Positions 1 to 14,034 of a stretch of 64,000 bases of DNA are shown in pieces. Each line of letters opens with the position of its first letter. Position 1 is the stretch's first letter. Location of the stretch: contig NC_134035.1 in the NCBI RefSeq assembly GCF_964204645.1, positions 248,001 to 312,000 on the forward strand, read 5' to 3'. Under the pieces are notes generated by a model. The model searched no databases, was not told where the DNA came from, and was given only the letters and a program-made list of their open reading frames with translations. Position numbers and translations under genes: made by a program. The DNA comes from Tubulanus polymorphus. Taxonomy: Eukaryota > Animalia > Nemertea.

Positions 1-1660
1 TAACAGAAAATACGGTTTTCGTTATCAGCCGTTTGTTCCCGGGTTCCTGATAGAAACAGTCAGCGAAAACCGCCGTGAATCCGTTGTATATATACGAGAT
101 ATTACTACTGCACGCAGGTATTTTTCTATGAAGATTACAAAATAACCACTATTCTTACTGGTTGGATTCAATATAGCTTAGAGGGGTCGGGGTTCAGTTG
201 TTTAGTCGAACTGTTTCCGCAGTTGGTATTAACCGAGGTTTTGTAACTAATGGTAAACAGTTATGCGCAACTATCAGAAAACAACCCTTGAACAACTGAC
301 CAGTCATTTATGATAATTTGTTATATCGTATCGTTCTATTGTCATCGGTCGGCAATTTATATTTGAGTGGAGTATTCAGATACTAATGAGAAAAAAAAAA
401 CGTTATTGTTGATTCTTAAGTGTTAATGGTAACTATTAATATTTAATAGTAAACAAACTTATTTATAATTAAACTATTTCTGTATGGTGTAAATGATATA
501 TTTGTGTTAAATGAATGATGAATTGAAGAACAAACACTTGATGGAGAATAAAACCCGGCTGGGCACCATGTTGTTTAAGAGTTGTGCATGGAGTACGTAT
601 AATGGCCAGGAGTTACACTTCGAGCCAACGACTTCTAAATGCATTCGACTCCTTTAGATGTGTGAAATTGTATCAAATAAAAAAAGGAATTTTAAATCAC
701 CACATTTTACGTTATTTTTCTTTAATCAGTGATGACAGGAACAGAAATCATTTTGAAAAATGTCGATATGAAGTCCACCTCATCAATAGTTACTAAATAA
801 TTAACCATTTATGACTTGTAATTTGAACTTGGATAAAATTCAAAAATTCTTGAAGCTTCTCAAATTATTTTTTATCCATTGAAAAACAATTTCTATTAGC
901 AATATCAGGAAATATGTATTTTTAGGGGGAGAAGTGTTTATTGATATTGCCCGGTTTGCAGGATACCTTTTTTGTTCCAGAATCATCTGTTCTACTTCCA
1001 TCAAAGAGAGATGATTAGTGCAGTAAAATCAGTTCTAAAATAGTCAGGGACCAGCGATCGAAGACGCAGTTTGCAACCTGCTAGGTTCAAGTATTTTAGT
1101 ATGGTCATGGACTAGTTTATACGTCCATGGTATGGTGAAGCATCCGGTCCTCCACAGATCAATACCAGTTTTTTTCTCATCGAAATTACCTGGCATGCGC
1201 AGCACAAAATGAACAACCCTAATTGTGTATGGTAGTTGTCTAAATTTAGTCTGAATACAAGTTGTTGTTACAGGTTCCCTACAACCCGGTTTGTAGAACG
1301 ACGGCTAGGTACTAGACTAGTCTAAATTATACCTGGCCCCAGTTTGCCGCGAACGAATCTACTTCCTCGAAAGATAGGACATTCATAGAACTAATTAGAA
1401 CAAATTATTGAACATATATCTAAACATTCTTAGCGCCACTTTCATTTAGAAAAATTCGGAATATTTTCGAACCGTAACCAGTCTGCATAAAGACAATAAA
1501 GAAAATTTGGCTTGATTTTGTAAGCGGTAACCAGTCTCTATATTTGCCTGTGGTCAGTTTTACTAGGGTAATTCACCGTATTAAACCTGAGGCCTAATGA
1601 ACTGAGATTCGACTGATTAATCATACAGATTTAGAGAATCTCGCTAACCAAACGAGGATC

Positions 1661-4600
1661 ATGTCGAGAGCGATGAATCCTAGTCAGCAGAAGCTGGCAG
1701 AGCGTCTAACTATACTGAATACCCGCGGTAAAGGTATGCTGACCAGGATTTATAATATTAAAAAGGTAAGTATTTTTCTTTTCCCCCACCCACGGCCACA
1801 CCACCGCAGCGCAGTCTCAGTCAGTGTCAATCCAGTCTCTTGTTGATAGAGAGTCTTGTTCAGAATTGAGTGTTTTTTACGATTGTTTCAGATGCTCGGG
1901 GGTCCAGATTCTAAACCTGGTTTTATGACCGATAAATCATTAGACGCCGCGATGAAAACAATAACCAGAAAATTTCCGACATTTGACAGTCGAGGGGTAA
2001 GTGTAATGAGTTCACTCTAGAAATGAATAGTGTTCTGAAGTGTTTGTTCTGAATATGTTTTTTTCTCCTTTACAGAAAGAATCGAATCACGTGAACGTGA
2101 TTAAAACTGATATAGTTAAAGCGTTGGCGTTGTATTACGATACGTTCGTAGATATTCTATCATTTAAGGTGAGTTTTTTGAGTTCAAATCAATGTAGTGC
2201 AGTTTAAACACTTCCTTATAGGGTTAAGCAGCCTGTCTGTGTTTGTGTTAAGTGATTGGAATGACAGTGAGCAAAAATGATACATTTTTGAGAAAGTATT
2301 GAAAAATTCTAAAAGTCAAAATGAAAGTAAAAAAAAGTCTTTCATGAAAGTTGCAGGGGAAGGGCATACTGTCTACACCGGTTTAATATGGTAGTTTCTT
2401 AAATTGTTTTATTGATTGTTATTTTAGGATCACGTCAGTAATTTATTGACTACATTTGACGCCTGTCAAGTTCACTTGGATATTGTAAGTAGTTTCTATA
2501 AAGTGTTCGTGATAAACTCATCATTTGCCTAGTTTTCACAGTCTGGACCGGGATCTACTTACTCATAGGCCTAGTACTTTTGTTTAAATCAATCAGAGAC
2601 TTTAAGAGTTAAAGTATTGGAAATTTAATTCTATAAGAACTGAGAGGACTGGGGTGTTGGAGAATGTTTCTATTTATTTGTTTGTTTAAATGATGGCTAT
2701 TTATTTTTCAGTCTTTGAATTTCAATTTAACGATGGGATATTTGGAGCTGATATCGATGTATGTTTCGATCATGTTGTTATTATATCGTATTGAAGATCG
2801 TAAAGCTGTTATTGGATTGTATAATTGTGCTCATGAACTCCTGCACGCTAAATGGTGAGCACAGTTCGCTTTGATATTGCGCATCCTCAAGTTCAATAAT
2901 TTTTTAGTGAGGATTCAGTTAAGATGTGATTAGTTAATTAGCGTGTTAGTTAATTAACGTATTTGTTAATTTATAGCGCTGAAAATTTTCCACGATTGGG
3001 TCAGATGATCATCGAATATGATCCACCTTTGAAAAAAATGTGCGAAGAATTTGTTCCACACAATCGGGTACGTAGAGATCTTACGTGTTTCCAATCTATA
3101 AATCAGGACCTAGTTCCACAGTTCTGAGTCAAATTTGACTCTACAGTTAAAACAATGAAAATCAACTAACTTTAACTCGGAGTTAACTCAAACTCACAAC
3201 TGTGGAACCGGGACCAGAGTATTGTTTGTACGTGATGATCAGAGTTCAAGATCTCACATGTTTCGGATCAATAAATCAGTGTATTGTTTGGACTCGTCCG
3301 ACATCCGATATTCATTTCAATATTTCTGAATTATCATGAAGTAAATCGGTATGTTTGTGTTATTGTGTTTTAGTTGGTAACTCAAGCGTTGCTGTCTCTG
3401 GAACAAGTTTACACGAGACGTAACCTGACCGCGGAATATTGGCGTAAAAACCAAATACTCAGCTTACTCTCCGAACCAAACAAATTAATCTCCTATGTTG
3501 AAACGGTAATTTCAAAAGAATTCTTTATTTTCCAATCTATTTTTATATCAGACACTTAAGGAGACTCTGTGATGAAAATGTATTCGCTTTCGGAAGTAAA
3601 AGTTTGTTCAAGTTAACCAAAGAATGAATACTAAATCGAACAATGCAGTTTTAAGTGTTTTGTTGTCAATTAACGTATCATTAGCTTTAACTCTCATTCC
3701 TGATCGGAACTTTCATTAATCCGCGTTGTTTATATTTCAGAACCCTTGTGAATACGTTTCTATTGACGCGATGGAGAAATGGATTGTCTGTAAGTAAGAG
3801 TTGTAATCATGCATTTTACCGGAGCTCCTACTGTTATTTATGATGAGATATATTTTTGCGTATTTCAGTTGGATTTTTAGTGTGTAATTCACAACTGGTA
3901 AATAATCCACAGGCGAATGAATTATGGAAAGCTGCTTTACATAGTAGTTACATTCTACCTTTATGCCGCGATGAAGTTCTACACACTCACATGTTCATCA
4001 TGAACTATTTTGATAACACAAAGGGGTAACAATCATTTCACTTCTATTTATAAATGTCACCAGTAGAAAGTGCTTGCCGTGGAGCTGATTGTCTCGGATT
4101 ATTGCGTGACAAAATGTGTGACAAGCAATGAGTGTAATTACACCTTATCAAACAAACTGAAGAAAATGAAGCAGAGATGATCGTCACTTTGAATTCTTAT
4201 TTCTCAGACCGAAAAAAAACTTGAAATCCGCCCTCAGTGGTGAAATTTGCCCTCAGGCAATGGACCGACTACGACGGAGAGACGTGACTGCACTGGTGGT
4301 CGCTTGAGTTACCTTAGTTAGTTACCTAAACTTAACTAACTTACATATAATTTATATATATTATATTAATATACCGGTAATGATAATCCATAACTTGATT
4401 TTTAGGCAAAGTAGACGTGTGAATGAAATCAAAGAATATCACGCGATTGCTGTTCAGAACGCGTAAGTTTTTATATCATCAAATCTTGCTGTAAAACTAC
4501 AAACAATGTTAACTATTTCACCCAGTCCTGGTTGTTTCTGTCTGTGGTACATCAGACATTAAGGTTCTTGGTGAAAGTAACTATATGTTGATGTATATCT

Positions 4601-7600
4601 TTAACAGGCCGGCTATTCACAAAGACAGACGCAAGTATCTACGGACGAGTATCAAAGAGTTAGCGTTACTATTCACTGATCAGCCAGGTTTACTCGGCCC
4701 AAAGGTACAGTTACTATATATGTTTATTACATTTTGATAAAAGTTGAATATTCCCTCCATTGAGTTTAGTATTAATGTGGTTATAATGAAAAAGAACAGA
4801 TTTTGGATTAATTTATTGGGGGTAGTGTACGTATATAGTTTTGAATGAACTGCTAGGTCTATTGTTTTCGCTGAATTTTGACCAGATTTCTTATGATTTG
4901 TTTTCAGGCACTTTATATATTCATGGCATTGTCAATGTGTAAAGACGAAATTGAATGGTTGCTCAGACATTACGGAAATCCACCCCCTAAAAAACTAAAC
5001 TTGAGAGTGTCGGCTGAAGATTTTGTCGATCGTCAACTTCCTGAAATGCTGTTTCATATGGAAGAATTAAGAGGTAGGTTTACACAGATTGATGACGTAC
5101 CAAAGGGTTTGGTTCCGCGATATCCTGCATACTGTGTTTGCTTGGAGGATATCCTGCAGGATTTGGTTTCAGGATATCTCCACATGTTGTAGTTTCAGGA
5201 TATCCTGCTGCAGAGTGTAGGGTTCCCAGACTGCAAATTGTTCTTTGCTACATCATTGATATGTAATCAGCATTTAGTATTTTCTAATGTCTGTGATACT
5301 TTGCTCATTCTCTAGCGCTAGTGAAGAAATACAACCAGGTTATACAGAGATATTACATTCAAATGATGGCTGGTTATGACGCGCCGGCGTTAAATGAAAT
5401 CATACAAGTACGTCATGTTACGTTATTGGAATTTATCAATTATTAACGAAATTCTCGAATGTTATTTCATAGTGTTTTGGTATTTTCAGTCGTTGTCTGC
5501 CTGTCCAGAGGATGAATCAATGATTCTGTCTTCATTTTGTAATATAATGCAGTCACTGTCAGTGAAACAAGGTAATCACTTTCTCTCTCACTTCATAAAA
5601 TGAATTTCTATTTCATTTCACTCCGCTCAACTCAGATGTTTTGACTTGAGAGTGATATCTGAGTTGGACGGTACAGTAGACTCCGCTCAAGTCAGATGTT
5701 TTGACTTGAGAGTGATATCTGAGTTGGATGATACAGTAGACTCCGCTCAAGTCAGATGTTTTGACTTGAGAGTGATATCTGAGTTGGATGGTACAGTAGA
5801 CTCCGCTCAAGTCAGATGTTTTGACTTGAGAGTGATATCTGAGTTGGATGATACAGTAGACTCCGCTCAAGTCAGATCTTTTGACTTGAGAGTGATATCT
5901 GAGTTGGACGGTACAGTAGACTCCGCTCAAGTCAGATGTTTTGACTTGAGAGTGATATCTGAGTTGGATGATACAGTAGACTCCGCTCAAGTCAGATGTT
6001 TTGACTTGAGAGTGATATCTGAGTTGGACGGTACAGTAGACTCCGCTCAAGTCAGATGTTTTGACTTGAGAGTGATATCTGAGTTGGATGATACAGTAGA
6101 CTCCGCTCAAGTCAGATGTTTTGACTTGAGAGTGATATCTGAGTTGGATGATACAGTAGACTCCGCTCAAGTCAGATGTTTTGACTTGAGAGTGATATCT
6201 GAGTTGGATGATACAGTAGACTCCGCTCAAGTCAGATCTTTTGACTTGAGAGTGATATCTGAGTTGGATGATACAGTAGACTCCGCTCAAGTCAGATCTT
6301 TTGACTTGAGAGTGATATCTGAGTTGGATGATACAGTAGACTCCGCTCAAGTCGGATGTTTTGACTTGAGAGTGATATCTGTGTTGGATGATACAGTAGA
6401 CTCTGCTCAAGTCCAATCTATTGACTTGAGAGTGATATCTGAGTTGGATGGTACAGTAGACTCCGCTCAAGTCAGATCTTTTGACTGGAGAGTGATATCT
6501 GAGTTGGATGGTACAGTAGACTCTGCTCAAGTCCAATCTATTGACTTGAGAGTGATATCTGAGTTGGATGGTACAGTAGACTCCGCTCAAGTCCAATCTA
6601 TTGACTTGAGATTGATATCTGTAGTGGATGGTTCATACTATCATAAAAATATTTCTACAAATATCTGACAGACTACTAAATGTATGTTGATTGGATCTGG
6701 CTTGAGGATAGTCTACTGTTTTACTATCAATATCTTTCTAAACTGCCTCAGATTTTACATGATGTTTTTGTGTATTGTCGTTTCAGTTGAGATGAATGAG
6801 TTGTTTGATTTTCGCGGGATCCGTCTGGATTGGTTCCGACTGCAGGCGTATACCAGCGTTAGTAAAGCTGCGTTCAGTTTGTGCGATTATCGTAATCTCG
6901 CCGTTCACATGAATATGGTTTCATTTCACACTAAAATGGTCGACAGTCTCGATGAAATGTTGCTGGAAACATCAGATCTATCGATTTATTGGTAAGATTT
7001 CAGTAGATTGAGCTCCTCCTCACAGGTATCAGCCTGTCTAGTCCGAGCTCCTCCTCACTGGTATCAGCCTGTCTAGTCCGAGCTCCTCCTCACTGGTATC
7101 AGCCTGTCTAGTCCGAGCTCCTCCTCACTGGTATCAGCCTGTCTAGTCCGAGCTCTTCCTCACTGGTATCAGCCTGTCTAGTCCGAGCTCCTCCTCACAG
7201 GTATCAGCCTGTCTAGTCCGAGCTCCTCCTCACTGGTATCAGCCTGTCTAGTCCGAGCTCCTCCTCACTGGTATCAGCCTGTCTAGTCCGAGCTCCTCCT
7301 CACTGGTATCAGCCTGTCTAGTCCGAGCTCCTCCTCACTGGTATCAGCCTGTCTAGTCCGAGCTCCTCCTCACAGGTATCAGCCTGTCTAGTCCGAGCTC
7401 CTCCTCACAGGTATCAGCTGTCTACCGGTATCTTTCTTTCACATACTGGCTTCTCGTTAATCTAGGGTTCATGGTTTAAATCCTGATGGGGGCAGATTTT
7501 CTCACTTATCTCTGGTCTGTCTCCCTTTCAATGAAAGAAAGAAAAAAGCTTCAATAAATCCTTGAATGGCACTCGGCGGGGGTGGGAAGAAACCTCAAAC

Positions 7601-10600
7601 CTGATTGATGCTCAGTGAGTCCCTGAGTTAAGTTCAGCGGGTTGAGGCTAATATTGCAGATTTTTCATTTATGTTTACAGTTTCTATACGAATATATTTG
7701 AACACCAGTTTAAACAGTGTATGGAATTCCCTGCACAACATCGTTACAGCATCGCATTTCCGATGATCTGTTCGCATTTCATGAATGCTACGCATCCTCT
7801 CTGCCCGGAGGAACGACATTCGATCGGTACGACCAGCGTGCAGTACGCTCATTGGTTTATTAAAGAGATGACTGAAGAGGTTAATCAGGTCATCACAGCC
7901 GTTTGTGAGGAACAGTGCAATATGGCAGATAAGGTAATATAACAACCTTTAAAACACTTCTATTGATGACTACCCAAAAGTGCTGGTGATAATTCGAAAA
8001 TTTTAGAATATTCTACCCCAGTTTGTTGAATAACGTCCATACCCCTATAGTGCGTCTAAACCACAGCACGGTGTATGTTTGTATGTGCTGCCATCATTCA
8101 ATAGAGATAAGAACTAATTGCAAATAACATCGATATACCGCAATGCGGTTTACTAGCAAAGTCCATCTCCAATTTATACACCACATTGAAAGGGTAGATT
8201 TAAGAAAATTTACATCCAAAATTAGAAAGGAAATTCTATAAATTGCTTTTGGGTTTTTTATTCATAGAATGAACAGTGTTTTTCACATGTGTCTCATGTA
8301 TATTTGTAGTTGTTGCCGAAGAACTGCGCGGCTCACATCGCCAACGCCGTCAGTCGTAAGAAAAACAAAGATCGACGAAAACTACTTCCCGAACCTGAAA
8401 AACCCGGCACGGAAAGTTACCGCAAACATCGCGAAGAATTCAAAAAGTACGATTTCAGATTTCAATGTCTACAATCTACAGTTAGATCCTGTGCAACTGG
8501 ACCCAGTTCCACAGTTGTGAGTTAAGATTTAACTCTTGAGTTAACTAATTGAAAATTAACTAATGTTAACTCAGAGTTAACTCGAACTCACAACTGTGGA
8601 ACTGGGTCCTGGATCTTACAGGGTAATTGTCATTTTGATTTTAATCTTCAAAATCTTTTTTTCATATTTCATTTCATAAAGAATTGATAAGTTGCATATG
8701 GCGTTGACGGAACTGTGTTATGCGTTGAACTACTGTAGCGTTATCACAGTGTGGGAACATGGTTTCGTACCCAGGGAATTCTTTGTCCAACATTTAGAAG
8801 CCAGATTCAATAAGTAAGACAAATTGTTTTTAAATTCTACTCGCGAAGTAACGAAGAAGAATGAATGCACTTTTTATTTGTTTCTGATTTTAGGGCGTTA
8901 GTCGGTTTGATGATGTACAATCCTGAATCGAGTGAAATCGCTAAACCTTCGGAACTGTTAAACAGTGTACAGGCTATCATGAGTGTATTGCAGAGTCTGG
9001 AAAATTACAGTTAGTATCAAACCTAAATCTTAGAAAATCGAACATATAATTTTAAGAATTTAAAAGTATTTTACAGTAGACTCATCCTTAGTCGGTAGGT
9101 AAACTACTGAATTTGATGAATTTAACTAAAAATCTTTTAGGAAAACCTTTTTGCCTTATTTTTACTTGAGTCAGGGGCGGATCCAGAATTTTAAAGGCTG
9201 GGTGCTCTAGCACTCGGAGCACCCCTTCCTCTGGATCCTCTCCGGTCAGTTTCCCATCAACTGAAAACTACTGGTCCCAAAACTACCGGTACTGAATAAG
9301 CTTTAGTCTACTGTTAATAGTAAGGCATACCATATCAATTTATGTGATTTCTTGACTTCTAGCCCACTAGATCACATAGACCCTGTGAGTTCTATTGTCT
9401 ATCTTATCATTATATTGAGTTTTGATGTTGTATTATTTTCTAGTTCACGTTGATATTACTCGCGTATTCAATAACGTTTTACCGCAACAAACTCAACCGA
9501 CAGATAGCATCAGCGGAGAGAAAACCATCACTTCAACTTATACTACGTGGTACGTTAAACAATAATTACTGTAGGAACTAGCAATTCAAACAAGGGCTTT
9601 ATATCATTAAGGCAATTATTAATTCGATAATTCACAGGTATTTAGAAGTATTGTTACGGCGAGTGAGTAGCGGTCACATCGTTTATTCACCCAATCAGAA
9701 AGCATTTGTGAGTCTAACGGCTGAAGGACAATTACCGTTTAATGCAGAAGAATATGCTGATATTATGGGTAAGTTGAATAATAAAGAGTGAGTTGATCAT
9801 TCGTGCACAGATCACCGGTCAGTCTCGTAATTTTTTGAATAACAATTTGGTTAATTATCTACGTAGAAATGCGAGCGATGGCAGAATTAGTCGGTCCGTA
9901 CGGTATGAAATATTTAAATGAAAGATTGATGTGGCATACCGCTAGTCAAGTCGAAGAGCTGAAGGTCAGTGCTACTGAGTTCTCTGTTCAACTTTAACCC
10001 ATACACCGAGAATATAAGAATTTAAACTGCATATTTGAGTTTTATATTTATGGTTAACTTGGGGACTAATACAATCAACGATGGCTGACTGATGGCCATT
10101 TTAAGTTGAGAGATCTTTTGACTTAAGAGTGATATCTGAGTTGGATGATACAGTAGACTCCACTCAAGTCGGATCTTTTGACTTGAGTGGGATATCTGAG
10201 TTGGATGATACAGTAGACTCCGCTCAAGTCAGATATTTTGACTTGATGAGTGATACCTGAATTGGGCGATATTTCTAGTTGTGTTTATTTCAATCATAAC
10301 CAATTGTTGATGTTTATTGCAGAAATTGGTGATATTAAATAAGGATATACTGTCTAGTTTACGCAGTAGTTACGACAAACCTGATCAAATGAGAAATCTT
10401 TATCGTATGCTGCAGAGTAAGTTTCATCGCGGCCTCCACAAGTCGTCCTCCACTTAAGGTTTAGATACATGTAAAATGATTGAAATATTTTATATATTGC
10501 TATTTTTAGATGTTGATAACGTTTTACAAAGGATGACAATAATCGGAGTTCTTCTTTGTTTCCGAGATATTGCGCAGGAAGCATTGAATGATGTACGTTC

Positions 10601-12526
10601 ACTTAGATACTACCGATATCATCTTGAAAAAAACGCAATTATTGAAATTCTTAATTCATGATTTTCATTTTAGGTTTTAGAAAATCGAATACCGTTTTTA
10701 CTGAACTCGATTCATGACTTTCAACAGCACGTTCCAACTGGACAAGATTCAATGGTACATAATTAAACCACGTAACAATAAAACTGAGCGTTATTTAATC
10801 TAAAATACTATTCTATCTAAATACATTACTCAGTTTCTCCATGTAATCCAATAACAATCAACATTTCATCTTTCCATTTCATAAATAGCTGTCATCTATA
10901 AGGAATCAGGTAAATGTATTATTGAATGCAATGAGACTTCACGTGTATATGATTCGTATGCTTGTATTTACCTATATCTATTCACTTACCCGCAATGTTC
11001 TTATTTGGTTGTTTAGATTGTCAATGAAATGGCGTCAGCTGCTGGGTTGAAATGTGATACCGATCCTGTACTTTGCGCTGCTCTTAGATCGCAGAAAACT
11101 GCAGGTAAGTTTGGATCCCGGGTAGTTTGCAGTATTTTAAGACTTTAGGAGATGAGAGTTACACAATTATCCCCGAGGCCAATATTGGCTGTTCTTTTTA
11201 GCCCACTTAGGACTTTAGACCCGGTGTGAATATTGAAATTACTGGCATCATCAGATTGAAAAGTATTTCTCTACAAAATGGGCATGGTGTCCCTGGGCGC
11301 AATGCCAGTGCTCACTTAACGCAAAGTTTATTGCAAGAATATGTCACCCGAACCTAACTCAAATTCAGACATACCCATTCTTTACGTTGTCATGTTTTCT
11401 TAGTGCTAACAGTGATGTTATAATGAGTTTTAACTGTATATTATATCACATCTTGGTGTATGTCATGTATTTACAGAAGTTGGATCTGAAGATGAACACA
11501 ATATTGCCTGTCTGTTAATGGTGTTCGTAGCGGTTTCGTTACCAAGACTCGCAGCCAATCCTGAATCCCGTTACAAACCAGCTCTCGAAGGTCATCTCAA
11601 TAATATGCATTGTATTTCTAAAGCTGTGAACACGTTAGCGGCGGCATTGTTTACCATTTACGGTAGAAACGATGTTGAAGAAAGACTCAAAGAATTTTTG
11701 GCGGTAAGTTTCAGACTTTTACTTGATGGTTTTGAAAATTTGAGAAAATTCATACAGCTTTAGTTGGTCTACACAGACCGAGTTAGTTAACGGTATTTCA
11801 ACATGTTTGACAGGCGCTGCCATCTTTCAATATAGATAAAACTAATTACAGTGAACTCGCCCGATATACCGCCCTCCCATATACCACGACCCCCACCTAC
11901 CGCCATGTTTTCTCAATGTACATCTCTATACAAATACATAGTAAAACACTCCCGATATACCGCCAGAATTGTTCTGCACCTATGTGGGCGGTATATCGGG
12001 GGTTTACTGTCGTTCTGCACCGATGTGGGCGGTATATCGGGGGTTTACTGTCGTTCTGCACCGATGTGGGCGGTATATCGGAGGTTGACTGTACTAATTA
12101 AATCAATACATCGCACTGCGGTGTAGATGCACAGCACTGAAAGGGTTAATTTCACTGATCTATAATTGTGTATTGTTTCAGTTGGCCTCGTCTAGTTTAC
12201 TTCGACTCGGGCAGGAGCCCGACAAGGAAGCGGTGAAAAACCGAGAATCAGTTTATCTGTTATTAGATCAAGTGAGTTGAAAATCTCATCATCTCGGCGC
12301 AATGGCAGATCCAGCCTAGCGATACTCAGATTTGACCCCCGGATCCGCTACTGCAGCATATTCTTTGAATGTTCGTATATTTATGTAATCTAACATGTAC
12401 ATGATTTTATATTTCTAGATTGTACAGGAGTCTCCGTTTCTTACAATGGATCTTCTTGAATCGTGTTTCCCGTATTGTTTGTTGAGGAATTCGTACCACG
12501 CTGTTTACAAAGGTTCAGAGAATTGA
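1661..12526 (+). CDS. NCKAP1: Nck-associated protein 1 / Nap1 / Hem (WAVE regulatory complex subunit), 29 coding exons, ~1124 aa
   Basis: N-terminus [35 protein letters not shown] and C-terminus [31 protein letters not shown] match the NCKAP1/Hem family. Exons, all GT-AG and phase-consistent: 1661-1765, 1892-1996, 2076-2168, 2428-2484, 2712-2854, 2977-3067, 3374-3505, 3741-3789, 3869-4025, 4406-4462, 4608-4704, 4908-5073, 5316-5407, 5490-5571, 6787-6991, 7681-7933, 8310-8446, 8682-8813, 8894-9009, 9444-9549, 9638-9768, 9867-9964, 10323-10416, 10510-10592, 10674-10754, 11017-11104, 11477-11703, 12182-12271, 12419-12526. Total 3375 nt. Confidence 0.96.
3106..3215. mobile_element. ~110-bp MITE, family A (Harbinger-like, CWG target duplication)
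   Basis: TIRs GACCYAGTTCCACAGTT / AACTGTGGAACCGGGAC, flanked by CAG...CAG. Other copies at 8500-8608 (CTG...CTG), ~60093-60200 and 63086-63193 (CAG...CAG). Confidence 0.8.
5620..6630. repeat. 60-bp satellite, ~17 copies, in NCKAP1 intron 14
   Basis: Unit TTGACTTGAGAGTGATATCTGAGTTGGATGATACAGTAGACTCCGCTCAAGTCAGATGTT. The same family occurs at ~10105-10270 and ~53865-54055. Confidence 0.97.
7010..7424. repeat. 35-bp minisatellite, ~12 copies
   Basis: Unit GAGCTCCTCCTCACTGGTATCAGCCTGTCTAGTCC. Confidence 0.95.
8500..8608. mobile_element. MITE family A copy
   Basis: GACCCAGTTCCACAGTTGTGAGTT...AACTCACAACTGTGGAACTGGGTC, flanked by CTG on both sides. Confidence 0.85.
10105..10270. repeat. 60-bp satellite family, ~2.5 copies
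   Basis: Same unit as 5620-6630. Confidence 0.85.
11849..12091. mobile_element. Tc1/pogo-like MITE with TA target duplication and internal 41-bp repeats
   Basis: TA|CAGTGAACTCGCCCGATATACCGCC ... GGCGGTATATCGGAGGTTGACTG|TA. Confidence 0.7.
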
Positions 12527-13039
12527 ACAGTATAAACCTACTGACAGTATACACTGTCCTGTGTGCAGCGAAAACTGATCGTAATTACTTATGAATTATA
12601 CGCAAGTGCTTCTTCTTACTATCAGGCAAACTTTATTTCATATTCGAATAATGTATTTAGAAATTACTTTTATATATTTGTGCATGATTTTTATGCTATT
12701 TCCATTATTGTATTCGTTTATATTATTTATTTACACCGAAGAAATTGAACATTGTATATTAGGAGCAATGAAAAAAACATTCTGTCGCATCAGGACCAAA
12801 TTGTTTATAAAATTGGAAGATTAAGAATAGACTATAGCAGTCCATAGTGTACAAGAATTATAATCTACAATATTCTAAAAACAAAGTTGTCAACAAAATA
12901 ATGAATTGATTTTATGAGTTTGTATTAGTGATAAACCAATCGATCGATTCATGTGTGTGTATTCTTCAATTGAATATATGTTTGTAAACTTTATAATCAT
13001 GTAATTGTGGACAGAATGTTTGATTCTTGTTAATATCTG

Positions 13040-13045
13040 AATAAA
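13040..13045 (+). terminator. Probable polyadenylation signal of NCKAP1
   Basis: AATAAA ~510 nt after the stop, followed by GT/T-rich sequence. Confidence 0.55.
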
Positions 13046-13599
13046 AACAAGATTTAACAAATGTGCTTGTTAATGAGTGCCTTGTTTTTGGCATGAGGAT
13101 CTACTAGTCACCATCGACAGGGGATGTGTATGGAGTAGCTGTAGGACCTGCCTTCCTGATATCAGGATCATCATCATTTATGAAGGATCTGTGGCAATAC
13201 TTTTTGGAGAAAGACCAGAGACTCCTTTCTCAGGTTATAAGACACGCGGAGAGCATATGAGATATTTGATAACCATTGATGAACACCAAATCCGTCGTGT
13301 TGAGCTCAATGATACCGGGTAGTGAACAATTATTGAACTTTTGGACTTTATATTATTTTTTTCATTATTTGTGGGTTTTTCTAGTGATTATGAGATGATT
13401 TTCATTCTGGGAATTGGGCACCCTCATTTGCCAGGGCTTGTCTATTAATTCCATGCGGTGGTAATGTACTGGTACGGTATTTGTATACGGTACCGGTACA
13501 TGCATGATTTTACTCAATTTGACAACTACTATAAATTAATTTGGTTGATTGCCTGCCCTGGAAAGCGAGGAAGTGAAATCTCAGAGGGATGCGAACGTA

Positions 13600-14034
13600 A
13601 CAGCTAGGCAAAGCGAGTGACACAGCGGAGGGGATGTGCCGCGACCGGATCGACCAATCACGTCACTCGTTACAAATAGACCACGTTTGGAATCTATTGA
13701 TTGTTTATGCTTTAAATAACACCCGATATTTACTTTGTTTTACGTTCAAATAAAGCATCGTTCGTAATGAAATAATCCCAAATATTTAAAATATAGAACA
13801 ATAAGACCCTGATATGCGTCCTGAAATGAGTATGAAGTCGTTTTTGAAGCTGAATCTATGATGTTTACCGCCAATTTGTCTAATAAACGGAACATCCAAT
13901 CAGCGCCTCTACTATGAGAGTGAACCATCATGGTGGATCATATTCTACTCACATATTACTGATCACTGATATTACCCTGTATTTTAACTATTACTCGGAT
14001 ATAGTGCGCTTTATTCACGTATCTAGCGGTAAGT
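13600..14034 (+). promoter_or_regulatory. Candidate promoter and non-coding first exon of the DDT-BCL9 gene
   Basis: CpG-containing stretch with CCAAT boxes (~13654, ~13897) and a TCACGTCA CRE-like motif, ending at a strong donor CG|GTAAGT (14028/14029). A further candidate 5'UTR exon lies at 19297-19378 (TTTCAG|...GAG|GTGAGT). Confidence 0.4.

Noticed and set aside
5613-6668. 327-aa and 340-aa ORFs on both strands
   Set aside because: By-products of a stop-free 60-bp satellite inside NCKAP1 intron 14. The flanking exons splice in phase without it.
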